A DNA stretch of 64,000 bases. Source: Octopus vulgaris. Its lineage: Eukaryota. Where the stretch lies: the NCBI GenBank assembly GCA_951406725.2, contig OX597818.1, forward strand, positions 2,728,001-2,792,000, read 5' to 3'. Made by a program: the position numbers and the translations under genes. Positions 13,866 to 26,291 of the stretch are shown here, one piece after another; within the stretch, counting starts at the first letter, position 1; every line of letters begins with the position of its first letter. The notes beneath the pieces were generated by a model. It was not told the DNA's origin, did not search any database, and was given only the letters and a program-made list of their open reading frames with translations.

Positions 13866-14486
13866 AGCAAATTCATTTACTTAGTCTAGTATAATTTTTT
13901 TTGTTCCTATACCTGAAAGAATTTTCATGCTTAGCCATTCTTTGTTTAATGAAATGTGAGCTAGCACCTATCTAGAAATACTCTTTGTCTTCTGATGTAA
14001 CTTTGCACTTGTAAATTACATTTTTAATCTTATATTCGAAGTCTAAAGGACATTGTCTATTCCTGCATTTCTATGTAACAAATGTTGCTATTGGTTTTGA
14101 GTTGTGTAGCAGTTGTCATCTTGTTAAAATTACTCCAAAATTTTGTGATAGGATGAAATATACTTTAATTAATATATTTTATTGAGTATTTTACACTAGC
14201 CAATTGTATGCTGGATGCTAGCAACCTATTGACCATGATCTACATGCTTCCTATAAACTGATATATGTGTGTATCATCATGTTTTAACATCCTTGTTTAC
14301 TATGCTTCATGGAACTGATTGAGGCAGACTTCCTACAGCCAGATGCTTTTTGTGTCACCAACTCATTTCTTTCAAGCAATATATTTTCCCGTGATTGGAT
14401 ATAATTTCAGGGAAGATTGGAAGGGAATGACACTGACAGTGACATTTGTTTAAAATTGTCATACAGTGTCAAGAAAGGGAAGCACA

Positions 14487-14665
14487 AACACACTCACACA
14501 CACTCATGGCAGGCTTCTCTCAGTTTCCATCCACCAAATATGCTCACAGGCTTTGGTCAACCTAGTGCTATAGTAGAAGACATTTGCCCAAGGTGTCATG
14601 CAGTAGGATTGAATGTGGAACTCAGATGGTTGGGAAGCAACCTTCATAACTACATAGCCATGCCT
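14487..14665 (-). mobile_element. Decayed tRNA-derived SINE, 5' half
   Basis: Reverse-complement similarity to 57809-57970. Confidence 0.65.
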
Positions 14666-15066
14666 ACATCTGTATATATAGATGTGTATTTGTATCTCCT
14701 TGACTTGACCTCACATGGAAGTTCTAAATGATTATCATACAAACAACAGAACGGTTTCTACTCTTCCATGGAAACATGTCTGATCTGTTTCTTGAAAGCG
14801 GGCAGGGTATGCAACCATAGGAAATTTGTTTCAACAAATTCTGTCTAATCCATGCAAGCATGGGAAAATAGACATTAAAATGATGACAATGGTTGTGGTG
14901 GCACCAGCTGATGCTGCTACCATCACAGCTATCTTTATGGGGAGATATACAATCTTGAAGATTAGGTCTAGTTCCTGAGCCATTCACAGTTCTTCCTTCA
15001 TTTATCCAAATATTTGAATCTTACAAATGCATTTTAACCTATTCAAAATATTTTTGTTTATTGAAG

Positions 15067-15235
15067 CCTGTTCACTCTGAAACAGTTTCTTGAAATTTTA
15101 AGTGAAAATAACAAGATATCTACTGAAACAGTTTTAAATGTAAGCCAGTTCATTACTATGAACCAAACAGGACATAATTTCCTAAAGTTAAAAGATGAAG
15201 AAACTGAGGCTAAACTTCCTCGAATCTCACAACAG
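15067..15235 (+). CDS. UMPS: UMP synthase internal exon B (end of OPRT and linker)
   Basis: ttgaag| acceptor and |gtatgg donor. Translates (S)LFTLKQFLEILSENNKISTETVLNVSQFITMNQTGHNFLKLKDEETEAKLPRISQQ, similar to UMPS [30 protein letters not shown]. Phases match both neighbours. Confidence 0.88.
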
Positions 15236-15606
15236 GTATGGTTTTTATATTTGTTGCTATATCACATATATATATTTGTTACTACATCTCTTATTAATAT
15301 CTATCATTTAGCTCACTAAATGATAACATAAAACGTTTGTTACATATTGCATTTAATCAGGACAGTGAATAATGTTGATATACATTTTGATTAATTATAT
15401 TCCCAGTGATAATTTTGATGAAAATGAGGTCATTTTAAGAAAATAGAGAATTTTTCTGAATTAACTTTTGTTTTTTTTTCTGTTAAAATATATTTTAGTA
15501 TATACATTCCCAGCTTTCCTATTATATTGTCCATGTTGTTAATTTTCCTAATCAATCTATTGTATCCCCACAATTTAAGAAAAAGATCTACAATTTGGTA
15601 TTTCAG

Positions 15607-15738
15607 ACTTTAAACTTTCAACAGCGAGCAGAGTTATGCAGTCATCCTGTTGCTAAAAGATTGTTTACTATCATGGCAAAAAAACAAACTAACCTAATCC
15701 TTTCTGTTGATTTCACAAGTTGTGCAAAGATACTTGAG
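15607..15738 (+). CDS. UMPS: UMP synthase internal exon C (start of OMP decarboxylase)
   Basis: tttcag| acceptor and |gtgagg donor. Translates TLNFQQRAELCSHPVAKRLFTIMAKKQTNLILSVDFTSCAKILE, the typical ODC N-terminus (RA...HPVA..L...M..K.TNL.LS.D). Confidence 0.95.
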
Positions 15739-15800
15739 GTGAGGAAATACAAAATGTTTCATTATGTTTAAAGAATTTAAAAGCTCTATTATCTCATTAA

Positions 15801-17195
15801 CCCTTTCGTTACTATATTTCTGACCAAAATACCCCCCTCATGAGTTTCAATTAAATTCTAAAATAATCATGAATTTAGGTTTGTTTCATTAAATAACTAA
15901 CTTTTTTACTTATCAACATATTAATGTGATATTTGGAGCATAATTAAAGAAAGGGTTCTTAATCAATTCTATTGCCTAACTTTTGCCTCAAAGTGACTTT
16001 AATTACAGGTAAATCGAGCAAAAGGTAAAAATATTCAAATTTTGTTTAAACATTACCATAGAAAATGAATCATCAGCTAATATTCAAATGGGTATGCAAC
16101 AAAATTTTGATAAAGAAGAATTGTGCACATCACTAGATTATAAGTTGGATTTAATGCACAACAGGTGTATCATAAAGGTGGAATAAAGTGAAATACTGGA
16201 ATCCACCGCAAGTTTGACCGAACTAAAGAAATCGGTCAAAAAATAATATACGGCCCTGGTTATGGTATGGAAGTGATAAATTCCAGACCACATCGTTCCC
16301 TAGGCCATGCTGACTAACATTATTTTCCTTGTATAAAAACTAAATCCACGCAGTACCCACGCTTCACAAATTTTCCGAAATTTGAAGCCCCATTTTGTGT
16401 TTGTTTACATTCTGCGTAATTTTGTTTCCGCATTGATCGCTTCAAACAATAACTTCCAGACCACATCGTACCCTAAGCCATGCTGACTAACATTAGCTTC
16501 CCTGTATAAAAACTAAATCCAAAACAGTACCCAGTATTTAGCTTCACAAATTTCCAAACTTTGATCCCCCATTTTGTGTTTGTTTACAATCTGCGAAACA
16601 GTTTGCTTCCACAGTGATCGCTCCAAACAAGCATACTGAAAAAAATAAAGTCTAATGGTTTCGTTTCCTAAGAAAGACTATAGATAAACTCTATCTCCTC
16701 AGAAAAATTGCTAATAAAAACATTTTAAAAGTTTTTTACTTCATTCCGATGTAAAATCGCCGATTTGTTTCTTCAGAATCGCTCTCATTTTCGGATAAAA
16801 AAAAATCCTATTCATTATTTAGTACACCACGTGCTTTAAGACCTCATGCATTCTTTTTCTCGATATCTCCCTATTTTCCATTGGAAAAGCTTTAAATTCA
16901 GAATCAATGCTTGATAACATGAAACTCCTATCCATTTTCAAAGTTGAAGAAAAATCGATGCCGAAAAAATGTGGAAAAAAATCTCCCAAAATTCACTGAG
17001 TTGAGATATCACATCAAGCAATGTCGGATACTATAAGCCAACTATTTACAAAGTGAAATCACATGTTTTAACAAATGTACCAACGAGATTTGGGTTCAAA
17101 TTTACATTTAAATAACAACAGGTTCTCGCGGCCAAGTTGGTAACATAAACCAAAAAATTTTTCAGCCAGGTATGGCCGGGTTAGTAACAAATGGG
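15801..17195 (-). mobile_element. Non-autonomous piggyBac derivative (subfamily A)
   Basis: TTAA|CCCTTTCGTTAC ... GTAACAAATGGG|TTAA; collinear with 1322-2561. Confidence 0.92.
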
Positions 17196-17243
17196 TTAAC
17201 ATGCAAGACTATCTGAACAGTTCCCATAATTGCAACTACAAAA

Positions 17244-20200
17244 TCATCATCATCATCATCGTTTAGCGTCCGTTTTCCATGCTAGCATGGGTTGGACGGT
17301 TCAACTGGGGTCTGTGAAGCTAGAAGGCTTCATCAGGCCCAATCAGATCTGGCAGTGTTTCTACGGCTGGATGCCCTTCCTAACGCCAACCACTCTGTGA
17401 GTGTAGTGGGTGCTTTTTACGTGCCACCCGCACAGGTGCCAGACAGAGCTGGCAAACAGCCACGAACGGATGGTGCTTTTTATGTGCCACCGGCACGGGG
17501 GCCAGGCGAGGCTGGCAATAGACACGAACGGATGGTACTTTTTACGTGCCACCGGCACGAGGCCAGTCAAGGTAGCGCTGGCAACGGTCGCGAACGGACG
17601 GTTCTCTTACATGCCACCGGCACTGGTAACACATCTGCAATTTCCATTGATCGATTTCGATTCTGATCCTCACTTGCATCAACAGGTCTTCACAAGTAGA
17701 GTTTTGTGTCCCAAGAAGGGAAGGTATGCATACGTAGGCTGGCTCCATCCCATGTAGAAGGCCACAGGTTATGGACTCACTTGTCCTGCCGGGTCTTCTC
17801 GCGCACAGCACACTTCCAGAGGTCTCGGTCTCTAGTCATTTCCTCAGTGAGACCTAAAGTTCGAAGGTCGTGCTTCACCACCTCGTCCAAGGTTTTCCTG
17901 GGTCAGCCTCTTCCGCAGGTTCCCTCAACCGCTAGGGTGTGGCACTTTTTCACACAACTATCTTCATCCATTCTCGCCATATGACCATACCAGTGCAAAC
18001 GTCTCTCTTGCACACTACAACTGATGCTTCTTAGGTCCATCTTTTCTCTCAAGGTACTTACACTCTGCCGAGTATGAGTACTGATATTACACATCCATCG
18101 GAGCATACTGGCTTCATTTCTTGCGAGCTTACACATATCCTCAGCAGTCACAGCCCATGTTTCACTGCCATGTAGCATGGCTGTTCGTACACACGCATCA
18201 TACAGTCTGCCTTTTACTCTGTGCGAGAGGCCTTTTGTCACCAGCAGAGGTAAGGGCTTTCTGAACTTTGCCCAAGCTATTCTTACTCTAGTAGTTACAC
18301 TTTCAGCACACCCGCCCCCGCTGCTGACTTGGTCTCCTAGGTAACGGAAACTATCAACTATTTCTAGTTTTTCTCCATGGAAAGTGACGGAAGTTGGTCT
18401 CAGAGCATTTTCAGTGTTTATTGTTCCTGAGCATCTGCCACATACAAAAACCATCTTCCTAGTTAGCCTTCCTTTGACATTGCTGCACCTCTTATGTGTC
18501 CATAGCTTACACTTGGTGCATCTTATAGAGTTTCTACCTACACCTTTTCTACAGATCGAGCAGGGCCATCTACCTGAAGGCGTTTGTGATTTGCCTACCT
18601 TCCTACTGATTACGACTTTGGTTTTAGCTAGATTGACTCTGAGGCCCTTCGATTCTAATCCTTGTTTCCACACCTGAAACTTCTCCTCCAGTTCTGATAG
18701 CGACTCAGCAATTAGAGCGAGGTCATCAGCATAGAGGAGCTCCTAAGGGCATCCTGTCTTGAATTCCTCCGTTATTGCCTGGAGGACTATGATAAATAGG
18801 AGGGGGCTGAGGACTGAGCCTTGGTGGACCCCTACCTCTACCTGGAATTCTTCACTGTACTCATTGCCAACCCTCACCTTACTGGCAGCGTCCCTATACA
18901 TGGCCCGCACAGCTTTCACTAACCATTCATCTATCCCTAGTTTCCTCATTGACCACCAGATAAGGGATCGGGGGACCCTGTCGAAGGCTTTCTCCATGTC
19001 AACAAAAGCCAGGTACAGGGGCTTATCTTTGGCTAGGTAATTCTCCTGCAGCTGCCTTACCAGGAATATAGCATCAGTGGTACTTTTCCCTGGCACAAAC
19101 CCAAACTGCATCTCATCTAAACTAACTCTCTCTCTAATTAGTTGTGCTATGACCCTCTCCGTAACCTTCATCACCTGATCCAACAGCTTGATAGCTCTGT
19201 AGTTATTTGTATCTAGGGCGTCACCTTTACCTTTGTAGCAGTTGACTATTATGCTGCTACACCAGTCATTGAGTATGACTCCTTTGTGTATCACCTGATT
19301 AACTATACGGGTGACTAGGCTATAGCTGACACTTCCAGACATTTTGAGCATCTCTGCAGTAATTCCTGATGGGCCTGGGGCTTTCCCTGTCTTCATGCTT
19401 CTAATTGCCTTAGCTACCACGGAACTATCAACTCGGATAGCTGGTCCCTCTGTTGGGTCAACATTCGGCAGACTCTCTTTATCCCATTCATTTTCTTTAT
19501 TCAGCAATCTTTCATAGTGGCATCTCCAAACCTCTCTATTTGCATCCTCATTTAGCGCAAGTGAACCATCTTCCATCCGAACACACTTCTCTCCTACCAC
19601 ATCACGATTCTCTCTCACACACTGTCTTGCAACGCGAAATACCTCAAGTCTTTGGTCCTCACTGCGCAGAACATTGGCAAATTTTTTCTTATCTGCTTCC
19701 CCTCTGGCTAAATACACCTGTTCCTAGCTTCCCTTCTGGCAGTCTGATACACTTCCCTTCTACCACTGTTCTTCCAGTCCTTCCAAGCCTGTTTCTTTTG
19801 TCTAATAGCCCTGTCAACAATATTGTTCCACCACCACGTTATTTTGGGTCTTGAGCGGACTTTGCACCAGCCACAGATCTGGTCAGTGGCTCTCAGCAGG
19901 TTGTCCCTTAGAAACGTCCAGTTGTCTTCTACCCCCTGTGATGCTCTATCCCCTTCTACTTCGTCAAAGGCTTCAAGTAATATGTCCCTAAATCTCTGTC
20001 CATTTGCAGGATCTTTAAGCTTCCAGATCCTTCTTCTCCATATTGGTCGTCTTCTGGTTGTCCTCCTAGTCCTGATCCTAAAGTCACTAACTACCAGTCT
20101 ATGTTGTGGGGTACATTCTTCGCCTGGGAAGGTTTTGGTATTTATAAGCAGCCATCTCTCCCTTTGCCTTGCAAGGACGTAGTCAATTTGGCTGGTATGT

Positions 20201-22298
20201 TGGCCCGATCGGTAAGTGACTAGGTGGCTGGTAGGTTTCCTGAAGTTAGTGTTGCAAATCATAAGATTATTTGCATCGCAGAACTCCAGCAGCCTGGTTC
20301 CCTCCTCGTTGCGGGAGCCATAGCCATAGCCTCCATGTACGCCAAGAGAAGGTCTCTGTTGTTCGTCAACGAGGTAGTCTGCAGTAGAGTGTCATAGAAT
20401 CGGTCTTTCTGTCCATCGGGTAGCCCCGACTGAGGAGCATAGGCTGATATAATGGTTGCTAAACTATGATGAAGCACTAATCTAATCTTAAGTATTCTGT
20501 CACATACTCTAATTACCTCAATTACTTTATCTACCCATTTCTCAGCGATAAGTATACCCATGCCACCAACCCCGTCAGTGTTCCCTGCCCAGAAAATCTT
20601 GTACCTGCGTTCCTTGCCTGTGAGGAACCTAGCTGATCCTCCTCTCCACCTTATTTCTTGCATGCAACATATATCCACACATCTCCGTTCAAGCATCTCG
20701 ACTATCTCACCAGACCTACCTTTCAGTGTGCCAACCCTGAGGGTGTGGGAGGCATGGGCTCTATAGACCCTGGGATGGTGGACAGTAGCTTCGTGTACCT
20801 GAAAAGAAAGCTCGCATTTGGCAGAATTCATGTGCAAGTAATGAAGTAGTAAAGTAGCCTTCAGTACAACCTGCATAACACTAGCCTTTCATATTTTGCA
20901 CTGTATGAACATTACCTTACATAGGTCGAGACTAGGGGTAGGGATGGTGAAAGAGCATTTGAAGTCTTCATGGGAAGCAACCCCGGGATGGCAAAGAATA
21001 GGAACTTCCGGTATATGTGGAGAGGGTGGGAGGGCAGGTGCACCGTAACTTAGTAAGAGGTTCTGTTAATCGTGTGAGCTAGCAAATAGGTTTGAAAATC
21101 AAAGAGGTTCTGTTAATCGTGAGGGGTTGGGAGGGCGGGTGCACCGTAACTTAGTAAGAAGTTCTGTTAATTGTGTGAGCTAGCAAATAGGTTTGAAAAT
21201 CAAAGAGGTTCTGTTAATCGTGTGAGCTAGAAAATAGGTTTGAAAAATCAGAGTGGCTATGAACCGGGAGACAAGACTAAACGAAAAAAATGTTTGAGCT
21301 AGACGGGGTAATGAGGGAATACTGAAAGAATGAGGGACAATACAATGAGATAGTAATCGAAGAATAGTGAAAGGATAATGTTGATACGTGCAAGGATAGA
21401 AGGTAGTTGTAGCGAGGCTGAAAGAGTCACTTAGCTTTAGCCATTCATGATCTGTGCGTATTTCTTCTTTAGATATTTGGAAGCGAGTGGAGTTGACGAT
21501 AATGCGATCGCTCTTTTATATATGGCGATGATGGTTATGGAAAGGGGGGGGGCATTGAGAAACATAGGGAGAGAGAAAGGGTTAGTTAGAGAGGGGTGGA
21601 GAGAGGAGGTCGAGGAACACGTGGGAATAAAGCGGTGTGAGGAAATAGACTAGCATAGTTGTAGGGGACGGCATTGTCGATAAACATTATTTGATAACCA
21701 ATATATACTTGGGGCAAAACAGGTAAAATCTGAGTTCGTCAGGCAATCTGAATAGTCCATACCTAGAAAGAGGTTCTGTTTATCATGTGAGCTAGAAAAT
21801 AGGTTTGAAAGATCAGAGGGAATAATCATTATTTGATAACTAATATAACACCGTAACTTAGTAAGTGGTTCTGTTAATTGTGTGAGCTAGCAAATAGGTT
21901 TGAAAATCAAAGAGGTTCTGTTAATCGTGTGAGCTAGAAAATAGGTTTGAAAAATCAGAGTGGCTATGAACCGGGAGACAAGACTAAATGAAAAAAATGT
22001 TTGAGCTAGACGGGGTAATGAGGGAATACTGAAAGAATGAGGAACAATACAATGAGATAGTAATCGAAGAATAGTGAAAGGATAATGTTGATACGTGCAA
22101 GGATAGAAGGTAGTTGTAGCGAGGCTGAAAGAGTCACTTAGCTTTAGCCATTCATGATCTGTGCGTATTTCTTCTTTAGATATTTGGAAGCGAGTGGGGT
22201 TAACGATAATGCGATCGCTCTTTTATATATGGCGATGATGGTTATGGAAAGGGGGGGGACATAGAGAAACATAGGGAGAGAGAAAGGGTTAGTTAGAG
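17244..22298 (-). mobile_element. Near full-length RTE-clade LINE (APE endonuclease, RT, PHD), inactivated
   Basis: Endonuclease motifs (CCMQEIRW, SAYAPQ, QIDYVL) at 20000-20760. RT at 18700-19717 with a TAG at the GCP*ELLYADD Trp codon and a frameshift near 19712. 3' UTR with tandem ~55-bp units, a (GAT)n tail at 17244-17260 and a repetitive 5' UTR at 21040-22298. Confidence 0.93.
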
Positions 22299-22350
22299 AA
22301 AATGTCATCACATTAATAATTGATCAGATTGTAGAATAAAAATAAGTAGT

Positions 22351-22481
22351 TATTGGTTTCCAATTTTAGGACAAGGCCAGCAATTTTGGGAGAGTATTTT
22401 GGACTCAGAACATAAAAACGGATGAAAAGCCACTAAGCAGTATGTCTGATGTACTAATGATTCTGTCAGCTCACCACCTTA
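22351..22481 (-). mobile_element. Short SINE of a second family (internally deleted)
   Basis: Shares TATTGGTTTC.AATTTT.G.ACAAGGCC and ...GATTCTG.CAGCT...ACCTTA ends with 41235-41375. The minus strand starts with a tRNA-like TAAGG.GG.GAGCTG.CAGAA. Confidence 0.55.
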
Positions 22482-22717
22482 GTGGAAATAGGTTATCATT
22501 AACAGATAGATTTAGCTTAATTAGATCACTTAAGTAATAAAGACTATCATCTATACCAAATAAATTGTTTTTATTTTATAGATGCACCTCTTTACTCTTG
22601 TACATCTATGATAGCTACAGTTTGGGATTTCTCAACCTGCCAGATATCTCTGCACTTTTTGTGTTCCCATTGCTTGTTCAGAGTATGCAGTATTGAGTTT
22701 CTATCTTGTTTTCCATG

Positions 22718-23010
22718 CATCATCATCATCATCATCATCATTTAACGTCCACTTTCCATGCTGGCATGGGTTGGACGGTTTGACTGAGGACTGGCAAGCC
22801 AGGAGGCTGCACCAGGCTCCAATTTGATCTGGCAAGGTTTCTACAGCTGGATACCCTTCCTAACGCCAACCACTACAACAGAGTACCTTTTACGTGCCAC
22901 CAGCATGGGGGCCAATCAGGCAGCACTGGCAACAACCATGCTTGAATGGTACTTTTTACGTACCACTGGCACAGGAGCTAGTCCAGTGGGACAGGCATTG
23001 ACCACACTCA
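22718..23010 (-). mobile_element. RTE 3'-terminal fragment with (GAT)n tail
   Basis: (CAT)n followed by TTTAACGTCC...CATGCTGGCATGGGTTGGACGG, homologous to 17244-17450. Similar stubs lie near 14275, 14800, 44540, 46435 and 48605. Confidence 0.8.
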
Positions 23011-24199
23011 AGTAGTACTTTTACATATAAAGCAAAGCCATTTGCCAAATCATACTGAGCTTTTGTTGCTCTATACAAATCTAAACTGTATCTTACCCAT
23101 ACTAACAGTATCCAAAAGCTCTTTCAAAACTTTCAAGATTTGGTCCATCATATTGTGACCCCTATAATTGCTTTCTCCAGTGCATCCTCTTTTCCCATGT
23201 AGCAGATTTTTATTTTGCTTAGCTAGTCTTTGAATTAATATCTTGCTGCAGTACCTGAATACTCATGAGTATTTAACATATCACCTACAGAGCATAATGT
23301 TTTCAAAATCTTAGCAACTATATCTGATAGGCACACCTTATTAACCATATGTAACTTTCCTTGAGAGTTGAAAATAAGAGTTCCCATGTTGTATTGGACA
23401 AACTTTTCCTCAATAACATCCAACTGTAGATGGTCTTTGTTGATCTGGAGGGTTATCAAAAATGCAGTTGTTTATAGTTATATACTTGTTCTTTTTTTAT
23501 AAATTTAAATAGTGCTATGTGCTAAATATAATATTGTGTCTGTTCAATATTACATAGCAATAATTAAAAAGCAGTTAAATTCAAAATTGCTGATGAAACA
23601 TAAACACACAAGCACAAAAAAATGTTTAACTTCTTTGCAGCTTATCCATTGTGAAATTTACAAAGAAGCCGAGTTACTTCCTTCAGAAAGAATGTACTCG
23701 ATCCAAAAATAAATTGCAGAAGTTCAGTAATATGCACATCAGTTTTGATAGCGGCCAATGTAAATATATGGTAGAGGAAGGGATTAAAGCTTTCTCTCTT
23801 AGATTAAAGAGTTAGTAAGTTTTTTTTTAAACAGATATAAACATGAGTGTTTTTATTTGGGCCATTTCTGGTTGTACAGGTCTGACAGACACATGAGCTT
23901 TTTGGGCAGATTTGTGACATACAAGATTTTAAAAGTCATGTTAACACTAATAGTTTCCATCATCAAATCCTGTTAACAATATCGTGTAGGAAATTATACT
24001 GAAATAGTGTAGCTAAACTAATAAGTATGAAAGCTAGATGAGATCTCTTAATCCTATATTAGTGTAGGAAAAAATGCACAAAATTTGGAATGTGGGTGAT
24101 ATTGATGTAATAAGTCCAAAATTAGTTATATGGTTTCCTTGATATCTGTAGATATAAACTGATCATTTGAGATTCATATCTTTTTCTCTTTTATTGCAG

Positions 24200-24333
24200 A
24201 TAGTTGAGAAAATAGCACCATATATTTGTGCTGTGAAGACCCACATTGACATTGTTCTGGATTTTAACATGAATTTTATCTCTCAACTTGTTAAATTATC
24301 TGAAGAATTCAACTTTATTTTGTTTGAAGACAG
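24200..24333 (+). CDS. UMPS: UMP synthase internal exon D (ODC, KTH.D motif)
   Basis: ttgcag| acceptor and |gtatga donor. Translates IVEKIAPYICAVKTHIDIVLDFNMNFISQLVKLSEEFNFILFED(R). Confidence 0.96.
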
Positions 24334-25842
24334 GTATGATTCATATAATTTTAAGAAAATAACTGCTATTGATCTGAAAATCTTATTCTTCCAGATAATT
24401 TATTAAAATAACATAAAACATGATACAATGAGAATATTGAAGTATAACACTTTATGTTAGATAGGGAAAACAGATCATATAAGAAGAAATCACTATAATA
24501 GGGATGGAGAAAGACTGTGACTTTCAGTTTAAAGAAAATTGGTGAGTGTAGGTTAGTTGTCCGTTTTCTGTACGGGGACAGTATTTCTTTGTGAAAAGTT
24601 AGAGAGTTTGTTTGATATGATATCAAAACAGAAAAATCATATTTTCTTAGTTGTCTGAAACCAAGAAGCTTAAGTCCAATTTGTCAAATCACCCAGCTCT
24701 GCATACTATAGGGAAGCCTTGAATGAACACTTTAAAATAAGAACAGCAATATTTGTTGTTCCTATGTTAATTGATTGTAGTGTTAGGAGCCGTTGAAGAG
24801 CACTAGTAATATTTGCTTAGTTTTTAGTTCTCAAGAATAAATCAAATTATTTTGTAAAATAAAATTGTTTAAAAATTAAGCAATACATATACTTTGAATG
24901 AAAAATAGTAGATAAGTTTAATGCATTTGTATTGATAAGCTGATTTGGAAATGAGTATACAATGAGAAAAAATATTCGTCATTTTCCATCCATCTATAGA
25001 AAGCAATTCCAGTCATGTTGTAGTCTTATTCTGAGCTCTTCATACTCATCCATCAACTCTATACTTCTTAATAAGGCCTTAATGTGATGAAGAATTCAGC
25101 TTTATTTAAACATGATGTTGATGTAATACTAATGACTAGGAAACCCATAATCAAATTCAGTGGCAAGTAGTGAACTAGAACTGATAGACCTGATTATTTT
25201 GACATTACTGTGGGGTCCTGTGACTTGACTCAAGAAACTGATTTACAATCTTAACCCTTTCGTTACTATATTTCTGACCAACCTTATGTGTTTCAATTAA
25301 TTTCTAACATAATCATAAATTTAGTCTGGTTTCATTAAACAACTATAACTTTTTTATTTATCAATATATTAATGTGATTTTTGGAAGATAATTTAATGAA
25401 AGGTTCTCAACTAATTCTATACCATAATTACAGGTAGATACAGGTAAATTCAGCAAAATATAAAATTATTAGAATTTTATTGTTCAAACATCGCTATAGA
25501 AAATGGGTTATTAGCTATTCAATTGGGTATACAACAAAATTTTACTATAGAAGAGTTGTGCACATTACTCGATTCATCAGGTGAATTTAAACACACAAAA
25601 GACAGGTGTACCATGAAGGTATAAGTAAAACGAAAGACTAGAATTTGTCTGTAAAGAAAACTAGAAAACAAAATAGACACACCATCAACTAGATTAAATA
25701 AGCTCTCCCACATACATAGATACACAGATACAATAATGTATAGATACATACATAGATACAATAATGATTTACAAAAGAAATTAATCAAATTTCGTCACTC
25801 ACCTTACAGGTAAATTAAAATAACAAGTAAATTAAAATTACA

Positions 25843-26243
25843 CGCAGGAGTGGCTGTGTGGTATTGTGTGGCAGGAGTGGCTGTGTGGCTTGCTAACCAA
25901 CCACATGTTTCCGGGTTCAGTCCCTCTACGTGGCATCTTGGACAAGTGTCTTCTGCTATAGCCCCGGGCCAACCAATGCCATGTGAGTGGATTTGGTAGA
26001 CGGAAACTGAAAGAAGCCTGTCGTATATATGTATGTGTGTCTGTGTTTGTCCCCCTAGCATTGCTTGACAACCGATGCTAGTGTGTTTATGTCCCCGTTA
26101 CTTAGCAGTTCGGCAAAAGAGACCGATAGAATAAGTACTGGGCTTACAAAAAGAATAAGTCCCGGGGTCGAGTTGCTCGATTAAAGGCGGTGCTCCAGCA
26201 TGGCCGCAGTCAAATGACTGAAATAAGTAAAAGAGTAAAAGAG
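25843..26243 (+). mobile_element. tRNA-derived SINE, near full length, inside the piggyBac
   Basis: A-box-like TGGCTGTGTGG, B-box-like GGTTCAGTCCC, a CORE-like segment, an internal (TA/TG)n and a (GAGTAAAA)n-like tail. Confidence 0.85.
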
Positions 26244-26291
26244 ATAGAAAAATAAAAACGAAGTAAATTTGAAAATATTTATAAAATCAAA

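Noticed and set aside
17412-17625. Repeat-spacer-like array (TTTTACGTGCCACCGGCAC units), superficially CRISPR-like
   Set aside because: The spacers are related to each other, the array is the RTE 3' UTR and recurs in other copies, the context is eukaryotic and there are no cas genes.
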